DNA of 64,000 nucleotides from the human T2T-CHM13v2.0 reference genome, Homo sapiens: NCBI GenBank assembly GCA_009914755.4, contig CP086569.2, positions 13,184,001 to 13,248,000 of the forward strand, read 5' to 3'. Shown piece by piece: positions 61,826 to 64,000 of this stretch (position 1 is its first letter; each line of letters starts with the position of its first letter). The notes under the pieces were generated by a model. It saw only the letters and a program-made list of their open reading frames with translations, ran no database searches and was not told where the DNA came from. The position numbers and the translations under genes were made by a program.

Positions 61826-62940
61826 AAGATCTAGGGGAGGCTTCTCCCTGCCTCTGCCAACTCCTGGGGGCCCCAGGTGTCCCTGAGCTTGTGGCCACAT
61901 CACTCCAGTCTCTGCCTCTGTCTCTATGTGGCCTTCTCCTCTGTGTCTGTGTCTCCTCTTCTGTCTCTTAGAATGCTGTCATTAGACTTAGAGTCCATCC
62001 TTCTCCATGATGATCTTGAGATATTAATTGCATCTACAAGGACCCCTTTTTTAAAATAAGGTCCCATTCACATAATCTGGAAATCAGGATGTGGATATAT
62101 CTTTTAGGAGGACTACACTGCAATCTACTGCAATTGAATCCACTTCTTTCTGGATGCTCTAGGGGAGGCTCCTTCCTGCCTCTCCCAGTTACCGGGGGCT
62201 CCAGGCATCCCTGGGCTTGTGGCCACATCACTCCAGTCTCTGCCTCCATCTCCATATGGCCTTCTCCTCTGTGTCCATGTCTCCTCTTCTATCTCTTAGA
62301 AGGACATCTGTCATTGAATTTAGGGCTACCCTAATCCAGGATTGTCTCAAAGTCCTTAACTTGATTATGTCTGCAAACCCCCTATTTCCAAATAAAGTCT
62401 CATTTATAGGCTCTGGGAGATATGACATGAACATGTTTTGGGGTCACCATTCAATACATTGCAGTTGTATCCACTTTCTTCTTGAGCCTCTAGGGGAGGA
62501 TTCTTCCTGCCGCTCCCAGCGCATGGGGGTTGCAGACTTCCCTGGGCTTGTGGCCACATCACTCCAGTCTCTGCTTCTGTCTCCACGTGGCCTTCTCCTC
62601 TGTGTCTGTGTCTCTTCTTCTGTCTCTTAGAAGGATATCTGTCGTTGCGTTTAGGGCCACCCTAATCCAGGATTATCTCAAGGTCCTTAACTTGATTACA
62701 TCTGCAAAAACCCTATTTCCAAATAAAGTCTAATTTATAGGCTCTGGGAGACATGACATGAACATGTTTTGGGGTCACCATTCAATACATTGCAGTTGTA
62801 TCCACTTTCTTCTTGAGGCTCTAGGGGAGGATCCTTCCTGCCACTCCCAGTGCCTGGGGGTTCCAGACGTCCCTGCGCTTGTGGCCACATCATTCCTGTC
62901 TCTGACTCCATCTCCACATGGCCTTCTCCTCTATGGAATG
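61826..62940. repeat. tandem repeat array, approx 331-bp unit, approx 3.4 copies
   Basis: unit starts tctaggggagg(c/a)t(t/c)c(t/c)tcc(c)tgcc at approx 61826, 62158, 62488 and 62820; each contains tgtggccacatcactccagtctctgcctc..tctccatatggccttctcctctgtgtc..tcttagaagga(c/t)atctgtc..ccaccctaatccaggatt(g/a)tctcaa(a/g)gtccttaacttgatta..tctgcaaa..ccctatttccaaataaagtct(c/a)atttataggctctgggaga(t/c)atgacatgaacatgttttggggtcaccattcaatacattgcagttgtatccactttcttcttgag; copies 2-4 approx 93-95% identical, copy 1 more diverged. Confidence 0.9.
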
Positions 62941-63059
62941 AGGACTCTTATAAGGACAAGAGCCATTTGCAGTGAAGGACCCAACTTAAACCAATGCACA
63001 CTAACCAACAACAAGGTTAATAAAAAATATAAAATCAAACCTCTAAAGGGGAACTACAT

Positions 63060-63472
<413 letters not shown>

Positions 63473-64000
63473 TGAAAATGTCACCTTGGCTTTGCAGTAA
63501 GGCATCCCTGAAATTGTTCCCCGACCAAACCGAGGGTCGGGCTGCTTATTCTCATGGCCCAATAACGAGATGCAAATGAAAGAGGAAAGAAAGGAGTTTT
63601 ATTTCTGTAACCAGATACGGGGGAGAAGGGCTGGAAATGATCACTAGACCAACTCCAAATTACAAAGTTTTCCAGAGCTTCTATATCTTCTAAGCTGTAT
63701 GTCCACATGTAAGTGTGTTTTCATGTAAATACATACGTAATTCAATTTCCTTTCATCTGTAACTAAGGTCTGAGTCCTGAGGACCTTCCTCTGGAGCCTC
63801 AGTAAATTGACTTAATCTAAATGGGTCCAGGTGCTGGGGTGATTACCCTTATCTTGTCTTCTGCTAAGCATGGAGGTTTGGGGAGTTCCTTTAGACCCCC
63901 AATAAAACTTCATCCTAAATGGGTCCAGTTAAGAATTCCTTCCTTGTCTTGTCATGCTTCAAGGCCTAGGAGAGCACTGGGCCAAACTCTTGGTGGGCTT

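Noticed and set aside
61826-62940. Tandem array considered as CRISPR-like, or as a bona fide small-protein gene family
   Set aside because: Units are about 331 bp with no spacer structure. The repeated ORF is most parsimoniously preserved by recent duplication. It is retained as a low-to-moderate interest finding, not called as CDS.

Overview
This window is primate, almost certainly human, nuclear genomic DNA, not a prokaryotic or phage locus. At least 45 Alu SINEs or Alu fragments are recognisable by their consensus on both strands, many with intact target-site duplications (TSDs). There are no dense co-directional ORF arrays, no CRISPR array and no operon-like organisation. Most ORFs in the six-frame track are translation artefacts of Alu, simple-repeat or satellite sequence, or decayed retroviral genes. 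The content is overwhelmingly transposable-element derived and three levels deep in nesting.

1. ERV#1, about 6.5 kb on the minus strand (5045-11565). It is an internally deleted class I endogenous retrovirus with about 420-450 bp LTRs and a tRNA-Phe-type primer binding site (PBS), so it is HERV-F/H-like. An Alu is inserted inside it.
2. ERV#2, about 9.7 kb on the plus strand (35157-44890). It is a nearly full-length class I (gamma-like) provirus. It has two LTRs of about 490 bp and a PBS resembling tRNA-Ile. Its gag carries a PPPY late domain, its protease has an NTGAD active site, its RT has YIHD (a decayed YVDD), and integrase is present. Its env retains a furin-type site and a CX6CC immunosuppressive-domain TM. 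ERV#2 sits inside the gag MA coding region of element 3.
3. A HERV-K (HML, betaretrovirus-like) element in which most of gag is replaced by GC-rich, host-derived coding sequence. That sequence is probably a transduced FAM8A1-like gene segment. It is followed by HERV-K dUTPase-protease-RT-integrase and a MER9-like 3' LTR.
4. Two independent solo LTR12 (HERV-9 LTR) insertions lie in the HERV-K pol, each with a perfect 4-bp TSD.
5. Other elements: several Tigger/pogo-type DNA-transposon terminal fragments, a THE1/MST MaLR LTR, an L1 ORF2 fragment, a 1-kb purine-only GA-rich minisatellite, a roughly 331-bp-unit tandem array of 3.4 copies, and assorted microsatellites.

The only convincing cellular coding feature is an internal exon at 63249-63411 (+) with canonical splice sites. 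It encodes a steroid-sulfatase/arylsulfatase-family segment ([10 protein letters not shown]...[12 protein letters not shown]). Together with the FAM8A-like HERV-K chimera, this suggests, as inference only, the Xp22.3 arylsulfatase gene cluster or its Y-linked pseudogene copy. No novel prokaryotic-style system is present. All coordinates below are approximate to within about 10 bp unless a TSD is cited.
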